Assembly (NCBI GenBank): GCA_949284685.1 | Contig: CASDWE010000003.1 | Span: forward strand, 52,870 to 116,869 | Direction: 5' to 3' | Length of the DNA stretch: 64,000 nt | Source: an uncultured bacterium | GTDB lineage: Bacteria > Bacillota_I > Bacilli_A > RFN20 > CAG-826 | Shown: positions 10,840 to 21,940 of the stretch, piece after piece | Position numbering within the stretch: position 1 is the stretch's first letter | Layout: each line of letters starts with the position of its first letter | Made by a program: the position numbers and the translations under genes | Notes under the pieces: model-generated | Seen by the model: the letters and a program-made list of their open reading frames with translations, nothing else | Databases searched by the model: none | Told to the model about the DNA's origin: nothing

Positions 10840-12093
10840 ATGGCTAGAACAAAAGAAAAAACTGTAGAAAAAACTTCTACAAAATCACCAAAAAAAGAAA
10901 AAAAGTCGCCAGTATTGCTTAAAGAAATATCAAGCGTGGATGAAATTAAGCAAGAATTATTAAAAAAAGCAAAAGAAAACGACAATTATTTAGACCAAAG
11001 TGAAATATATGATGCATTAAGTAAATACGACATGGATGATTCTCTTATTGATGATTTAATCAATTTTTTTAGAGAGAATAATGTTGAAGTTTCCACTGAC
11101 GAAGAAGAAGTCGAAGAAGAAATCGACGATAGCAATATCGAGTTAGATGAAGACAATCTCGATGATGATTTTTTAGAAAGTGATGAAATGAGCGATGAAG
11201 ACGAAGAAATTTCTAGTGCTGATCACTTTGATTCGATCATGGCCGGCGATGTTCGAGTAAACGATTCTGTCAAATTATATTTAAAAGGAATTGGAAAATT
11301 TGAATTATTAAAACCAGAAGAAGAACCTATTTTAGCACAAAGAATTCTTGAACATGACGAAGAAGCAAAAGAACGATTAATAAACGCTAATTTGCGTCTT
11401 GTAGTAAATATTGCAAAACATTATGTTGGACGAGGACTTCAGTTTTTAGATCTGATAGAAGAAGGAAACCTTGGTTTGATGAAAGCTGTTGATAAGTTTG
11501 ATTACACTAAAGGATATAAGTTTTCAACATATGCAACGTGGTGGATAAGACAAGCTATCACAAGAGCAATCGCTGACCAAGCTAGAACAATTAGAATTCC
11601 TGTTCATATGGTCGAAACAATAAATAAAATGACAAGAACTCAACGTCAGTTAGTACAAGATTTTGGGCGCGAACCAACCGCAGAGGAATTATCTGATGCG
11701 ATGGATGGATTATTATCTCCTAAAAAAATACGTGAAATTCAAAGAATTGCAATGGATCCAGTGTCTTTAGAAACTCCAATTGGTGAAGAAGATGATTCAC
11801 ATTTAGGAGATTTTATTGAGGATAAAGAATCTGTATCACCAAATGATTTTGCAACACGTCAACTTTTAAAAGAAGAATTGTACAATATTTTAAAAGATTT
11901 AACTGATCGTGAAGAAAGAGTCATACGTCTACGTTATGGATTGGATGATAATCGACCAAGAACGCTTGAAGAAGTTGGAAAAGAATTTGGAGTTACGCGA
12001 GAAAGAATTCGTCAAATTGAAGCAAAAGCAATTAGAAAATTGCGTCATCCAACTCGTGCAAAAAAATTAGGGGACTATACTGATAAAGTTTAA
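10840..12093 (+). CDS. rpoD: RNA polymerase primary sigma factor
   Basis: [33 protein letters not shown]. Confidence 0.98.
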   Translation: MARTKEKTVEKTSTKSPKKEKKSPVLLKEISSVDEIKQELLKKAKENDNYLDQSEIYDALSKYDMDDSLIDDLINFFRENNVEVSTDEEEVEEEIDDSNIELDEDNLDDDFLESDEMSDEDEEISSADHFDSIMAGDVRVNDSVKLYLKGIGKFELLKPEEEPILAQRILEHDEEAKERLINANLRLVVNIAKHYVGRGLQFLDLIEEGNLGLMKAVDKFDYTKGYKFSTYATWWIRQAITRAIADQARTIRIPVHMVETINKMTRTQRQLVQDFGREPTAEELSDAMDGLLSPKKIREIQRIAMDPVSLETPIGEEDDSHLGDFIEDKESVSPNDFATRQLLKEELYNILKDLTDREERVIRLRYGLDDNRPRTLEEVGKEFGVTRERIRQIEAKAIRKLRHPTRAKKLGDYTDKV

Positions 12094-12095
12094 TT

Positions 12096-12758
12096 ATGAT
12101 TAAGTTATCGAAACGTTTACAAAAAATATATGATTTTATCGATGATGGCAGTGTTGTAAAAGATATTGGTGCTGATCATGGAAAATTAATTATTTCTTTG
12201 ATTGAAAATCATAAAGTTAGTCACGCTTACGCTAACGAGAACAAAAAAGGACCTTATAAAAGACTTGAATTGGCTACCAAAGATTATCCAAATATCAACA
12301 TATCTTTTAGCGATGGTCTTGAAAAACTAGCTAAGGATGTTAATACGCTTGTTTTAGCTGGGATGGGCGGTCATCTTATTGCTAAAATATTATTAGACAA
12401 TGCAAAAAAATTAGATCAAATTGAATATATTATTATCGATGCACATAATGATAATGCTTTTATTAGAAAAACTATCGCGAATTTAAATTATAAAATCATC
12501 GATGAAGATATTGTTTTAGAAAATAAAGTTTATTATGAAATAATAAAATTTCAAAAAACTGACAAAACTAAAATTTATAACGATGTAGAATTAAAATATG
12601 GTCCGATTCTTGTTAAAAATAAGCCAGTATTATTCATTCAAAAGTATCAAAAAAGATTAGAAGTAATTGATAAATTGTTAACTATTAAGAGTTTATCTTC
12701 TTATAGAAAAACAAATTTAAAAAAAGAAAGGAATGTTCTTAACAATATTTTAAAATGA
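12096..12758 (+). CDS. trmK: tRNA (adenine22-N1)-methyltransferase
   Basis: LSKRL, DIGADHG, AGMGG; conserved position after rpoD. Confidence 0.92.
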   Translation: MIKLSKRLQKIYDFIDDGSVVKDIGADHGKLIISLIENHKVSHAYANENKKGPYKRLELATKDYPNINISFSDGLEKLAKDVNTLVLAGMGGHLIAKILLDNAKKLDQIEYIIIDAHNDNAFIRKTIANLNYKIIDEDIVLENKVYYEIIKFQKTDKTKIYNDVELKYGPILVKNKPVLFIQKYQKRLEVIDKLLTIKSLSSYRKTNLKKERNVLNNILK

Positions 12759-13525
12759 AAACAAATAGTTTGTTAATTAAACTTAGCAAATATTTCCCCA
12801 AAAAAATTGCTAGACAATATCATGATTATGTTGGACTGATGTGTGGTAAGTTAAAAAATGACACAAATAAAGTTTTAATTTGTTTAGATTTTGATGATGA
12901 AGTATTGCCATATGTCAAATCATTTAAACCAGATATTGTATTTACTCATCATCCTTTTATTTATGGAAGAAAAAGTTATGTGTTAAAAAATGATTTGATT
13001 AAAAAAAGACTATATGATGAAATGTTGTCATTAAATGTTCCTATTTATAGCATGCACACTAATTTTGATGCTGGAAAAGGCGGGATGAATGATACTTTAA
13101 TTAGGCTTTTAGATGTTAAAAATATCCATAGAAGTAGTATTGATTCAATGATGTGTATAGCAAATTTAAATCATCCTTTAAGTGCATTAGAGTTATCTAA
13201 ACAAATAAAAAAAGCATTTGATGTTGATTATGGTTTACTAGTTTGTAATGATAATGACAAAATCATTAATACAATTGCTTTGATTGCAGGTGGTGGCTCA
13301 AGAAGTTGGCAAATTGCTAAAGAAGAAAACGCTGATATGTATATTTCTGGTGATGCACCACATCATGTTCGTAGAGACATTATTAACAATAATTATTGCT
13401 ATTTAGATTTACCGCACGAAATCGAAAAAATATTCATGCCTAGACTAAAAGAAATATTGCTAAAAATAGATGAAAAATTAGAAATATTAATTGTTGATCA
13501 TGAAAAATTACCTTACGTTATTTAA
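12755..13525 (+). CDS. Nif3-like dinuclear metal protein
   Basis: THHP, HTNFD, HEIE motifs; follows trmK. Confidence 0.9.
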   Translation: MKTNSLLIKLSKYFPKKIARQYHDYVGLMCGKLKNDTNKVLICLDFDDEVLPYVKSFKPDIVFTHHPFIYGRKSYVLKNDLIKKRLYDEMLSLNVPIYSMHTNFDAGKGGMNDTLIRLLDVKNIHRSSIDSMMCIANLNHPLSALELSKQIKKAFDVDYGLLVCNDNDKIINTIALIAGGGSRSWQIAKEENADMYISGDAPHHVRRDIINNNYCYLDLPHEIEKIFMPRLKEILLKIDEKLEILIVDHEKLPYVI

Positions 13526-14389
13526 TATAAAATTTTTAATATTTTCTAATTGATTGATATGACAACTTGTACCGCCTAAAACAATTATGTGGTGCAAGTT
13601 TTTTAATTTATCTAAATTGACTTCTTTTTCGTCTTGAACAAATAATATTGTACAGTCTGAATATTTATTTAAGCACATCTCGTATAACCGCATTGTATTA
13701 GAAGATTTTTTAGAGCCAACAACAACGATTCCATCAACATTTTTTGGCAAATTTAATATTTCTTCTTGGCGATTGCGAGTGAATTTGCAAATTTCATCCG
13801 CGATAGTAATTTTGTTTGTAATTTTTTTTAAATCGTTATGTATTTTATATAAATCAATAAAACTCAATGTTGTTTGATTAATGCAAAAATAACTATCATT
13901 AGTATTTATTTGGTTATAAATTGGTAATTTATAATCTATAAATATAATATCTTTATTAATAGATAACATTGCATTTGTTTCAGGATGATTCTTAATTCCT
14001 ATGTATATTATCTTTTGATTTTTATTTAAAGCATCTAAAATTAATTTCATACATTGTTGTACCATCGGACAAATAGCGTCAATTTTAATTAGCTTTTTTT
14101 CTTCGACAATTTTATCAAGATTTATATCATGACCATGTGCGGAAAAAATAATTACAGAACCACATTCTAAGTTTTTAATAGCTTCTTGATATTCATTAAG
14201 AGAAACATCAAGCGTTTCTATGCCGTATTTATTCAAGATGTCTACAACATAATTATTATGAATTAACATACCTAGCACATATATTTTTTTGTTTGGATAT
14301 TTTTTTCTTGCATTGATAGCAATATCAATCGCATTTTTAACTCCAAAACAATATCCAGAATTTTTTAAAAGTTCTACTTTCATGCTCAT
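13508..14389 (-). CDS. ispH: 4-hydroxy-3-methylbut-2-enyl diphosphate reductase
   Basis: GYCFGV, SAHG, DAICP, HPE, QTT, SSNT. Confidence 0.96.
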   Translation of the reverse strand: MSMKVELLKNSGYCFGVKNAIDIAINARKKYPNKKIYVLGMLIHNNYVVDILNKYGIETLDVSLNEYQEAIKNLECGSVIIFSAHGHDINLDKIVEEKKLIKIDAICPMVQQCMKLILDALNKNQKIIYIGIKNHPETNAMLSINKDIIFIDYKLPIYNQINTNDSYFCINQTTLSFIDLYKIHNDLKKITNKITIADEICKFTRNRQEEILNLPKNVDGIVVVGSKKSSNTMRLYEMCLNKYSDCTILFVQDEKEVNLDKLKNLHHIIVLGGTSCHINQLENIKNFILNNVR

Positions 14390-14450
14390 ATTTTAACACG
14401 TTTGAGTTTATTTAAGATTAAAAAATAAATATAATAATGGAGGAGGAAAT

Positions 14451-15803
14451 ATGAATTTTAAAAGTTTTAATTTAAAAGAAGACTTAATTGATGCGTTAGA
14501 AAAGTTAGGTTATACGACAGCGAGTCAAATTCAAGAACTAGTTATTCCAAGAGCGTTAAAAGATAAAAATTTAATAGTTAAATCGATGACAGGTTCAGGA
14601 AAAACTCATTGCTTTATTATTCCTATTCTTAATAATTTGAACTTTCAATTAAAACAATTACAAGCAATTGTTATTTCTCCAACTAGAGAATTAGCAAAAC
14701 AAACTTATGATTTTTTCTTTCAATTTGAAAATTTTTATAAAGAACTAAATGTTAAACTTCTTATTGGTGGTCATCAAAAAAAAGATGATTTAAATTTAAA
14801 AAACAATCCACCTCAAATAATAATTGCCACTCCAAAACGTCTAAAGGATATTTTAGTTGAAGAAAGTGTTATAAAACTTGGCTTTGTTAATTATTTAATA
14901 TTAGATGAAGTTGATATGATGATGGATTTAGGATATTTTAACGACATTGACACCATTTTAAGTCATTTAAAAGCCGCTAAAATCATGGTCTTTAGTGCAT
15001 CATATCCAAATAAAATATTACATTTATTAAAAAAATATATTGATTGTGATGAAATAATTTCATTAGGTAAAGATATTACAAATAATAATGTGGTCCATTA
15101 TGCAATAGATCGAAAACATCAAGATATAAAAAAAGCCACTCTTGATTTTATTAATAAAAATAATCCATACTTTTTATTAATTTTTTGTAGTTATAAAAAA
15201 GATGTCAGCAATCTTTATGACTATTTAATAAAAAATGGGATTAAATGCGGCATTTTACATGGAGATTTGACTCAAAGAGAAAGAAAAAATACTTTAAAAT
15301 TGTTAAAAAACGGCAATTATCATATTGTTGTTTGTTCTGATATGGCTTCTCGTGGTCTAGATTTTAAAGATGTCAGCGATGTTTTAAATTATGATTTGCC
15401 AAACAACGAAGAGTTTTATTTCCATCGAGCAGGACGATGTGGAAGAATGAACAATCAAGGAAATTGCTATACTTTTTATAATGTTGATACATTACCGCAA
15501 ATTGAATATTTTCAAAAGTCAATCCATCTTAATTTTTTAACATATAAAAATGGTGATTTTATTTCATCAAGTAAAGCAAAAAAAGTTATAAATAAAAAGA
15601 AAATGAGCGAGGAAGAGATTAAATTAAATCGCGATATCAAACTCGCAAAAAGTAAAGCAACAACAAAAAAAGTCAAACCTAATTATAAGAAGAAAGTTAA
15701 ATTAGCCGTCGAAAATGTTGTAAAAAAATATAAAAAAGATAAAATTCGTAAAGAAATACATAAGCAAATTAAAGAAAAATATAGGAAGGGGTCTAATTAT
15801 TAA
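14451..15803 (+). CDS. DEAD-box RNA helicase (CshB-like)
   Basis: TGSGKT, PTREL, DEVD, SAS, HRAGRCGR; synteny ispH/helicase/nfo. Confidence 0.92.
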   Translation: MNFKSFNLKEDLIDALEKLGYTTASQIQELVIPRALKDKNLIVKSMTGSGKTHCFIIPILNNLNFQLKQLQAIVISPTRELAKQTYDFFFQFENFYKELNVKLLIGGHQKKDDLNLKNNPPQIIIATPKRLKDILVEESVIKLGFVNYLILDEVDMMMDLGYFNDIDTILSHLKAAKIMVFSASYPNKILHLLKKYIDCDEIISLGKDITNNNVVHYAIDRKHQDIKKATLDFINKNNPYFLLIFCSYKKDVSNLYDYLIKNGIKCGILHGDLTQRERKNTLKLLKNGNYHIVVCSDMASRGLDFKDVSDVLNYDLPNNEEFYFHRAGRCGRMNNQGNCYTFYNVDTLPQIEYFQKSIHLNFLTYKNGDFISSSKAKKVINKKKMSEEEIKLNRDIKLAKSKATTKKVKPNYKKKVKLAVENVVKKYKKDKIRKEIHKQIKEKYRKGSNY

Positions 15804-15804
15804 T

Positions 15805-16695
15805 ATGAATGAATTGTTAATTGGATGTCATGTTAGTTTAAATGCGCCTGATTTTTATTTAGGAACAGTTAAAGAAGCATTAAGCTATGGTGCTACAACT
15901 TTTATGTTTTATACAGGAGCGCCACAAAATTCTTATCGTCGAGACATTAAAGATATGAAAATAGATGAAGGTAGGGAATTATTAAAAGCAAATGGAATTG
16001 ACGAATCTAAAATTGTAATTCACGCGCCATACATCGTAAATTTAGCTAATGATACAGATAAAAACAAGCACGAAAAAGCAAAAGAATTTATTTTAAATGA
16101 ATTAATCAGATGCCAAGCTTTTAATGTTAAAACGATGGTTTTGCATCCTGGTGCGCACGTTAATCTTGGAGTTGAAAGAGGTTTAAATAACATTATTAAA
16201 TCGTTAGATGACATTTTCGATAATCTTCCAAATGAAAACAAAGTTAATATTGCATTAGAAACGATGGCAGGAAAAGGGAGCGAATTAGGCACATCTTTTG
16301 AACAAATTGCTTTTATGATTAAAAATAGCAAACATCAAGATAGACTTGGAGTTTGTTTAGATACTTGTCATATTAGTGATGCTGGATATGATATATTCGA
16401 TGAGAATAAAATAATTGAAGAATTTGATAAAATTATCGGCTTAGATAAATTATTAGTCATACATGTAAATGATTCGAAAAATCCGCGTGGAGCACACAAA
16501 GATCGTCATGAAAATATTGGTTATGGTGAGATTGGATATGAAGCGTTAAGCAAATTTGTTTTAGACAAACGCCTATCAAATATCCCAAAAATTTTAGAAA
16601 CACCATATGTTAATGGCAAACCACCATATAAAACAGAGATTGATATGTTTAAAAACAATAAATTTGAAAAAGATTGGAAAAATCAGTTTATTTAA
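15805..16695 (+). CDS. nfo: Endonuclease IV
   Basis: HAPYIVNL, HPG, ETMAGKG, DTCH, DRHENIG. Confidence 0.97.
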   Translation: MNELLIGCHVSLNAPDFYLGTVKEALSYGATTFMFYTGAPQNSYRRDIKDMKIDEGRELLKANGIDESKIVIHAPYIVNLANDTDKNKHEKAKEFILNELIRCQAFNVKTMVLHPGAHVNLGVERGLNNIIKSLDDIFDNLPNENKVNIALETMAGKGSELGTSFEQIAFMIKNSKHQDRLGVCLDTCHISDAGYDIFDENKIIEEFDKIIGLDKLLVIHVNDSKNPRGAHKDRHENIGYGEIGYEALSKFVLDKRLSNIPKILETPYVNGKPPYKTEIDMFKNNKFEKDWKNQFI

Positions 16696-17746
16696 TCATT
16701 TCATTAATTTCGTTTATTAATTCTTGATAAACATTTTTTTCTTCAATTTTTCGAACTATTTTACCTTTTTTAAAAAGAACAAAATTACCTTTACCACCTG
16801 CTATTCCAATATCTGCACTTTTTCCTTCGCCAGGACCATTTACTATGCAACCCATAATTGCTACGGTTAGATTGATATTGTTATTTTCTAAATAATTTAA
16901 TACTTTTTTGGCAAGATTTGTCACATCGACCATTGTTCTTCCGCAAGTAGGACAAGAAATTATTGTTGGATAATTTGGATATAATCCCAAATCATGAAGC
17001 AATCTTTTTGCCGCTACTATTTCTTGATATGGATTACCGCTTATAGAAATGCGAATCGTATCTCCTAATCCAAGCAATAGTAAAGGCGATAGGCCGGCAC
17101 TTGAACGAATAAGCGATATTTCATTAATACTTGCTTCGGTAATTCCAATATGCAATGGATAATTGTATTTTTTAGCGGCAGAAATATATGCTGCAATAGT
17201 TGTTTTAATATTTGAGCCTTTTAAAGACAAAACAATGTTATCAAATCCGTATTTATTAAATATTTTTATTTGTTTGTTTATAGATTTAATCATGTCATTT
17301 TCGTTGATGGGTCTTTGATAATCGTTGATTGTTTTATCGATTGATCCAGAATTAACTCCTATTCGAATAGGAATATTTTTTTCTTTAGCGAGAAATAAAA
17401 TCTCTTTAACATGTTCTTCATTTGATATATTTCCTGGATTAATACGAATAGCATCAATGCCATTTTTAATAGCTAAAATTGCTAATTTATAATCAAAATG
17501 TATATCGCCAATCAATGGTATGCTAATATGCTTTTTAATACTTTTTATAGCGTTAGCGTCCCTTTTATCCATAATTGAGACACGCATTAAATCTGCACCT
17601 AAATTTTGACATTTATTAATTTGTTTAACTATAGCAGAAACATGGCTAGTTTTAATATTGCACATCGATTGAATTAAAACTTTGTCGCTCCCTCCAATAA
17701 ATATATTTCCGACTTTGATTTTCTTAGTGTTTTTTCTTGTATACAT
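16688..17746 (-). CDS. ispG: HMBPP synthase
   Basis: QSM, DIHF, RINPGN, RIGVNSGS, CPTCGR, MGCIVNGPGE. Confidence 0.97.
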   Translation of the reverse strand: MYTRKNTKKIKVGNIFIGGSDKVLIQSMCNIKTSHVSAIVKQINKCQNLGADLMRVSIMDKRDANAIKSIKKHISIPLIGDIHFDYKLAILAIKNGIDAIRINPGNISNEEHVKEILFLAKEKNIPIRIGVNSGSIDKTINDYQRPINENDMIKSINKQIKIFNKYGFDNIVLSLKGSNIKTTIAAYISAAKKYNYPLHIGITEASINEISLIRSSAGLSPLLLLGLGDTIRISISGNPYQEIVAAKRLLHDLGLYPNYPTIISCPTCGRTMVDVTNLAKKVLNYLENNNINLTVAIMGCIVNGPGEGKSADIGIAGGKGNFVLFKKGKIVRKIEEKNVYQELINEINEMIK

Positions 17747-17837
17747 ACAAAAATAATAAATTATTTAATAAAAAAAGTCTATGAAATAGCGTCAACTTAT
17801 GATAAACTCTATTTTGCGTAATTAAGGAGAAAAAAAT

Positions 17838-18002
17838 ATGGCAAAAAATAAGGGACGTGAAAGTATTATCTTAAAGTGTACTGTATGTGGTGAAGAGACA
17901 TATTTAAGTTCTTCTAACAAGAAAAAACATCCTGAAAGATTAGAAAGAAATAAATATTGTCCTCGCTGTCAAAAAGTTACTGTTCATAAAGAAAAGAAAT
18001 AG
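17838..18002 (+). CDS. rpmG: 50S ribosomal protein L33, zinc-binding (C+) form; absent from the ORF track
   Basis: Own translation MAKNKGRESIILKCTVCGEETYLSSSNKKKHPERLERNKYCPRCQKVTVHKEKK; RBS AAGGAG. Confidence 0.95.
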   Translation: MAKNKGRESIILKCTVCGEETYLSSSNKKKHPERLERNKYCPRCQKVTVHKEKK

Positions 18003-18020
18003 GTTAAGAACCTATTTTTT
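17997..18020 (+). terminator. Rho-independent terminator after rpmG
   Basis: AAATAGGTT-AAG-AACCTATTT followed by T run. Confidence 0.75.
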
Positions 18021-18035
18021 TGTATTGTTTAAATT

Positions 18036-18653
18036 ATGAAAATTAAAAAATTCGCTGATTTCTTAGCAAATTCATATTTAATTTATGATGATAATAAAGC
18101 TATTATTATCGATATTGGTCTTTTAAATATCGAGCCATTAATAAAATTCGTTGAATCAAATAATTTAACAGTTTGTGCATTATTTTTAACGCATGGTCAT
18201 TTTGATCATTTTTATGCATTAAATCAACTAATTATATATTATAAAAATATTAAAATATACATAAATAAAAATGACTATGAGCTATTAACAAATCCAATTT
18301 TAAATTGTTCAAAAATGATGATGAATGAAAACATAATCGTTGATTGCGAAAATATAAATTTTCTTTCAGACGATAAAACATATAATATTTTTATCGACCA
18401 CCCAATGAAAATTATTGAAACGCCATTTCACACATACGGGAGTGTATGTTTTTATTTTTATAACGATAATATTCTTTTTAGCGGCGACACACTTTTTTAT
18501 CATAGTGTTGGTCGTTATGATCTAGAAACATCTAATCCATCATTATTAAAACCATCTTTAAAAAAATTGATGGAATTACCTGACTGCACAATCGTTTATC
18601 CCGGTCATGGGCAAAATACTTATATCAAAGATGAAAAAGAATTATTTTTCTAA
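18036..18653 (+). CDS. MBL-fold metallo-hydrolase (glyoxalase II-like)
   Basis: THGHFDH, TPFHT.GS, SGDTLF, PGHG. Confidence 0.92.
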   Translation: MKIKKFADFLANSYLIYDDNKAIIIDIGLLNIEPLIKFVESNNLTVCALFLTHGHFDHFYALNQLIIYYKNIKIYINKNDYELLTNPILNCSKMMMNENIIVDCENINFLSDDKTYNIFIDHPMKIIETPFHTYGSVCFYFYNDNILFSGDTLFYHSVGRYDLETSNPSLLKPSLKKLMELPDCTIVYPGHGQNTYIKDEKELFF

Positions 18654-18687
18654 CATTATTATGCTATAATTATGAACAGGAGTTATT

Positions 18688-20805
18688 ATGCCGAAAATTA
18701 AACCGATAAAAGATTTACGAAACACAAACGAAATTTCAAAAGAATGCCATAACTTAAACGAACCAATTTTTATTACTAAGAATGGTTATCAAGACATGGT
18801 TTTGATGTCAAATGAATATTTTGATTGCCATTTTAATAAATCTAATGGATCGGTCAAAATTTCCAATGAACAAAATAAAAATCAATATTTTTGTTTAAAA
18901 AATAAGACAACAGAATTTGGCTTTGTACGCGTTGGATGTGCAAATTTTGATATTAGTGTATCAAACGTTTCTAAAAACATCATAAAAATAAAAAAAATCA
19001 TTGATAAAGCTAAACAAAACAAAATCCACGTTTTAGTTTTTAGCGAATTATGTTTGACCGGTTATTCTTTAAGAGATTTATTTTTTCAAGATGAAATTTT
19101 AAAATCAGCAAGTTTAGGGTTAATAGATTTAGCTTCATATACAAAAAACTTAAATATGATGATATTTGTTGGAACACCGCTTATTTATAACAATGGTATA
19201 TATAATTGTGCTGTTGGAATATCGAATGGGAAAATATTAGGCGTAGTCCCAAAATCTTATATACCAAATTACAATGAATTTTACGAGGGAAGACAATTTA
19301 AAAGCGGATTAAATATTAGTGATAAAATTTTAATTAATGACAAATTTTATCCTTTTGGAACCGATATTTTATTTAGATGCGAAAATTATTATGATTTGTG
19401 TATTGGCGTTGAAATATGCGAAGATCTTTGGGTTAATTTATCGCCAAGCACAATTCTTTGTCAAAATGGTGCGACACTTATATGTAATTTGAGTGCATCA
19501 AATGAACTTGTGAGTAAGGAAGATTATAGACTAAATCTTGTAAAAATGACTTCTGGACGTTTGATTTGTGGATATGCTTACGCTAGTGCTGGAAATGGCG
19601 AATCAACAACTGATGTAGTTTATAGTGGGCACAATATTGTATGCGAAAATGCTCATTTGCTCATACAATCTAAATTATTCGAGAACTCTTTGATATATTC
19701 CGACATGGATATAGAAAAATTAGTTAACGAGCGAAGAAAAACTACTACTTTTATTACAAAAGATGATAATTATAGAAACATTGGTTTTGAATTGGATTTA
19801 AAAATCGATGAATTAAAATATGAAATAAATCCAAATCCATTTTTAATTCCTAACAAAAAAGATTCTCTTTCTAGATACCGCAAAATTTTAAAAATGCAAG
19901 CGTTGGGATTGAAAAAAAGAGTGGAAGCTAGTAAAAGTGATTGCTTAGTTATTGGTTTAAGTGGTGGATTAGATTCAACACTTGCACTTTTAGTTAGCAA
20001 AGAAACATTTAAGATGATGAATCGTGATTTAAAAAAAGTCTATGCTATAACACTTCCATGCTTTGGAACAAGCAAACGCACACATGATAATGCTCTAGCC
20101 TTAGCAAATTCTTTAGGAGTATCGTTTAAAGAAATAAATATCAATGAAACAATCAAATCACATTTTTTAGATATTAACCACGATATTAACAATCAAAATT
20201 CAACTTTTGAAAACGCCCAAGCACGTGAAAGAACACAAGTATTAATGGATTTTGCTAATGATATTAATGGATTAATGGTTGGAACAGGAGATTTGAGCGA
20301 ATTATGTTTAGGCTGGACTACTTATAATGGCGATCATATGTCGATGTATGGAGTTAATGCTTCAATTCCCAAAACATTAGTCATCGAGTTAGTCAAAACA
20401 TATGGCTTAGATCATCCAGAAGTAGAAGCGATATTAGAAGACATTATCTTGACTCCTATTTCACCTGAATTACTTCCATTAAACAACGGTCAAATCATTC
20501 AAAAAACCGAAGAAAAAATTGGTCCTTATGAATTGGTGGACTTTTTCATTTATTATTTTTTAAGACATAATTTTTCGCCAAAGAAAATCGTTTATCTTGC
20601 ACAAAATGCATATCGTAACAAATATAAAAAAGAAGAAATAGTAAAATGGTTAAAAATATTTTTAAAACGATTTTATCAAAATCAATTTAAACGTTCTTGC
20701 CTGCCAGATGGTGTAAAAGTTGGCTCTGTATGCATTTCACCAAGAGGAGATTTGAGAATGCCATCAGATGCTGATGTCGATGATATGTTAAATTCTATCG
20801 ATTAA
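18688..20805 (+). CDS. nadE: Glutamine-dependent NAD+ synthetase with N-terminal Phd/YefM-like domain
   Basis: Nitrilase-type domain (ELCLTGY, K, EICEDLW), SGGLDST, ENAQARER; first ~47 aa resemble a Phd/YefM antitoxin N-terminus. Confidence 0.93.
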   Translation: MPKIKPIKDLRNTNEISKECHNLNEPIFITKNGYQDMVLMSNEYFDCHFNKSNGSVKISNEQNKNQYFCLKNKTTEFGFVRVGCANFDISVSNVSKNIIKIKKIIDKAKQNKIHVLVFSELCLTGYSLRDLFFQDEILKSASLGLIDLASYTKNLNMMIFVGTPLIYNNGIYNCAVGISNGKILGVVPKSYIPNYNEFYEGRQFKSGLNISDKILINDKFYPFGTDILFRCENYYDLCIGVEICEDLWVNLSPSTILCQNGATLICNLSASNELVSKEDYRLNLVKMTSGRLICGYAYASAGNGESTTDVVYSGHNIVCENAHLLIQSKLFENSLIYSDMDIEKLVNERRKTTTFITKDDNYRNIGFELDLKIDELKYEINPNPFLIPNKKDSLSRYRKILKMQALGLKKRVEASKSDCLVIGLSGGLDSTLALLVSKETFKMMNRDLKKVYAITLPCFGTSKRTHDNALALANSLGVSFKEININETIKSHFLDINHDINNQNSTFENAQARERTQVLMDFANDINGLMVGTGDLSELCLGWTTYNGDHMSMYGVNASIPKTLVIELVKTYGLDHPEVEAILEDIILTPISPELLPLNNGQIIQKTEEKIGPYELVDFFIYYFLRHNFSPKKIVYLAQNAYRNKYKKEEIVKWLKIFLKRFYQNQFKRSCLPDGVKVGSVCISPRGDLRMPSDADVDDMLNSID

Positions 20806-20875
20806 AATAAAATTTTACATTTACATGTAAACCGTTAAAGTATTAAAATATTATGGACAAAAGGAGGAAATAATT

Positions 20876-21433
20876 ATGGTTAATGTTACAGAATTAAGAC
20901 CAGGCAACTTTTTCGAGGAAGATGGTAATATTTATCGTGTGCTCGATATTTTATTAAACAAAACGGCAATGAGAAAAATGGTTGCTAAGGTTAAAGTAAA
21001 AAATTTAAGAACAGGTGCTGTTACAGAAATTGCACGTAATAGCGGATATCAAATTGAAACGATTCGTTTAGATAAAAAACAAATGCAATATCTTTATGAT
21101 AGTGGGGATGCTTTGGTTTTTATGGATCAAAATACTTTTGAACAAATCGAAATTCCAAAAGAAAGATTACAGTGGGAATCTCAACTTTTAAAAGGCGATG
21201 AAATAGTGGAAATTATTTCGTATGGAAGTGAAATACTTGGTGTAAACTTACCAGCTAAAGTTGCCTTAAAAGTTACTCAATGTGATCCTGCTACTCGTGG
21301 TGATACGATTAATAAAGCCATGAAAGAAGTTACACTTGAAACAGGATTAAAAACTAAAGTACCAATGTTTATTGAAGAAGGAGAAGTCGTCATAGTTCGC
21401 ACTGATAATGGTGAATATGACGGTCGTGCATAA
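20876..21433 (+). CDS. efp: Elongation factor P
   Basis: KNLRTG, QYLY, RGDT, LETG..VPMFI..G. Confidence 0.96.
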   Translation: MVNVTELRPGNFFEEDGNIYRVLDILLNKTAMRKMVAKVKVKNLRTGAVTEIARNSGYQIETIRLDKKQMQYLYDSGDALVFMDQNTFEQIEIPKERLQWESQLLKGDEIVEIISYGSEILGVNLPAKVALKVTQCDPATRGDTINKAMKEVTLETGLKTKVPMFIEEGEVVIVRTDNGEYDGRA

Positions 21434-21439
21434 TCAGAT

Positions 21440-21658
21440 ATGGAACCATGGGCAATTGCACTTTTGTGTATAGGATGTGCACTAGCATCAGCGATACTTA
21501 CATTCTTTCTCACGCGTTTTCTATTTAAGAAACAATTAAGAGATAACCCACCTATTAACGAAAAGATGATTCGAGCAATGTTTATGTCAATGGGTCGTCC
21601 TGCGACTGAAAAACAAATTCGCGAAATAATGCGAAATGTGAGAAATCAAAATAAATAA
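21440..21658 (+). CDS. yneF: YneF (UPF0154) family membrane protein
   Basis: TM helix then NPPINEKMIRAMFMSMGR. Confidence 0.9.
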   Translation: MEPWAIALLCIGCALASAILTFFLTRFLFKKQLRDNPPINEKMIRAMFMSMGRPATEKQIREIMRNVRNQNK

Positions 21659-21672
21659 AACCATTAAATTTA

Positions 21673-21706
21673 TAAAGCGGTATGTCAACATATCGCTTTT
21701 ATTTTT
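21673..21706 (+). terminator. Terminator after efp-yneF
   Basis: AAAGCGGTATGT-CA-ACATATCGCTTT plus T-rich tail. Confidence 0.75.
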
Positions 21707-21913
21707 GCACTAAAATTAATTATTTTTTATGGACCATTTTGGTGTGTAAATATTACATAAAAACTTTAAAAAATAATAAAGTAGGGGATTTTTTGATATT
21801 TTCATAATAAATCAATAATAATTATTTTTACAGTCAACGTAAAAGTTAGACCTATAGTAATTAAATTTTATTATTTTTAAAATGTGGATTAATTATTAAC
21901 ATATGCAACATCT

Positions 21914-21940
21914 ACTAAATATCTACTAATTTGTTACTAA
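21914..21940 (+). repeat. Triple ACTAA array with 11-bp period (site A)
   Basis: ACTAAatatct ACTAAtttgtt ACTAA. Confidence 0.75.

Noticed and set aside
21828-21863. Fourth copy of the regulon motif (TTAC..CCTATAGTAATTA)
   Set aside because: One base short in the core, mismatched upstream box, and no RBS or ORF downstream
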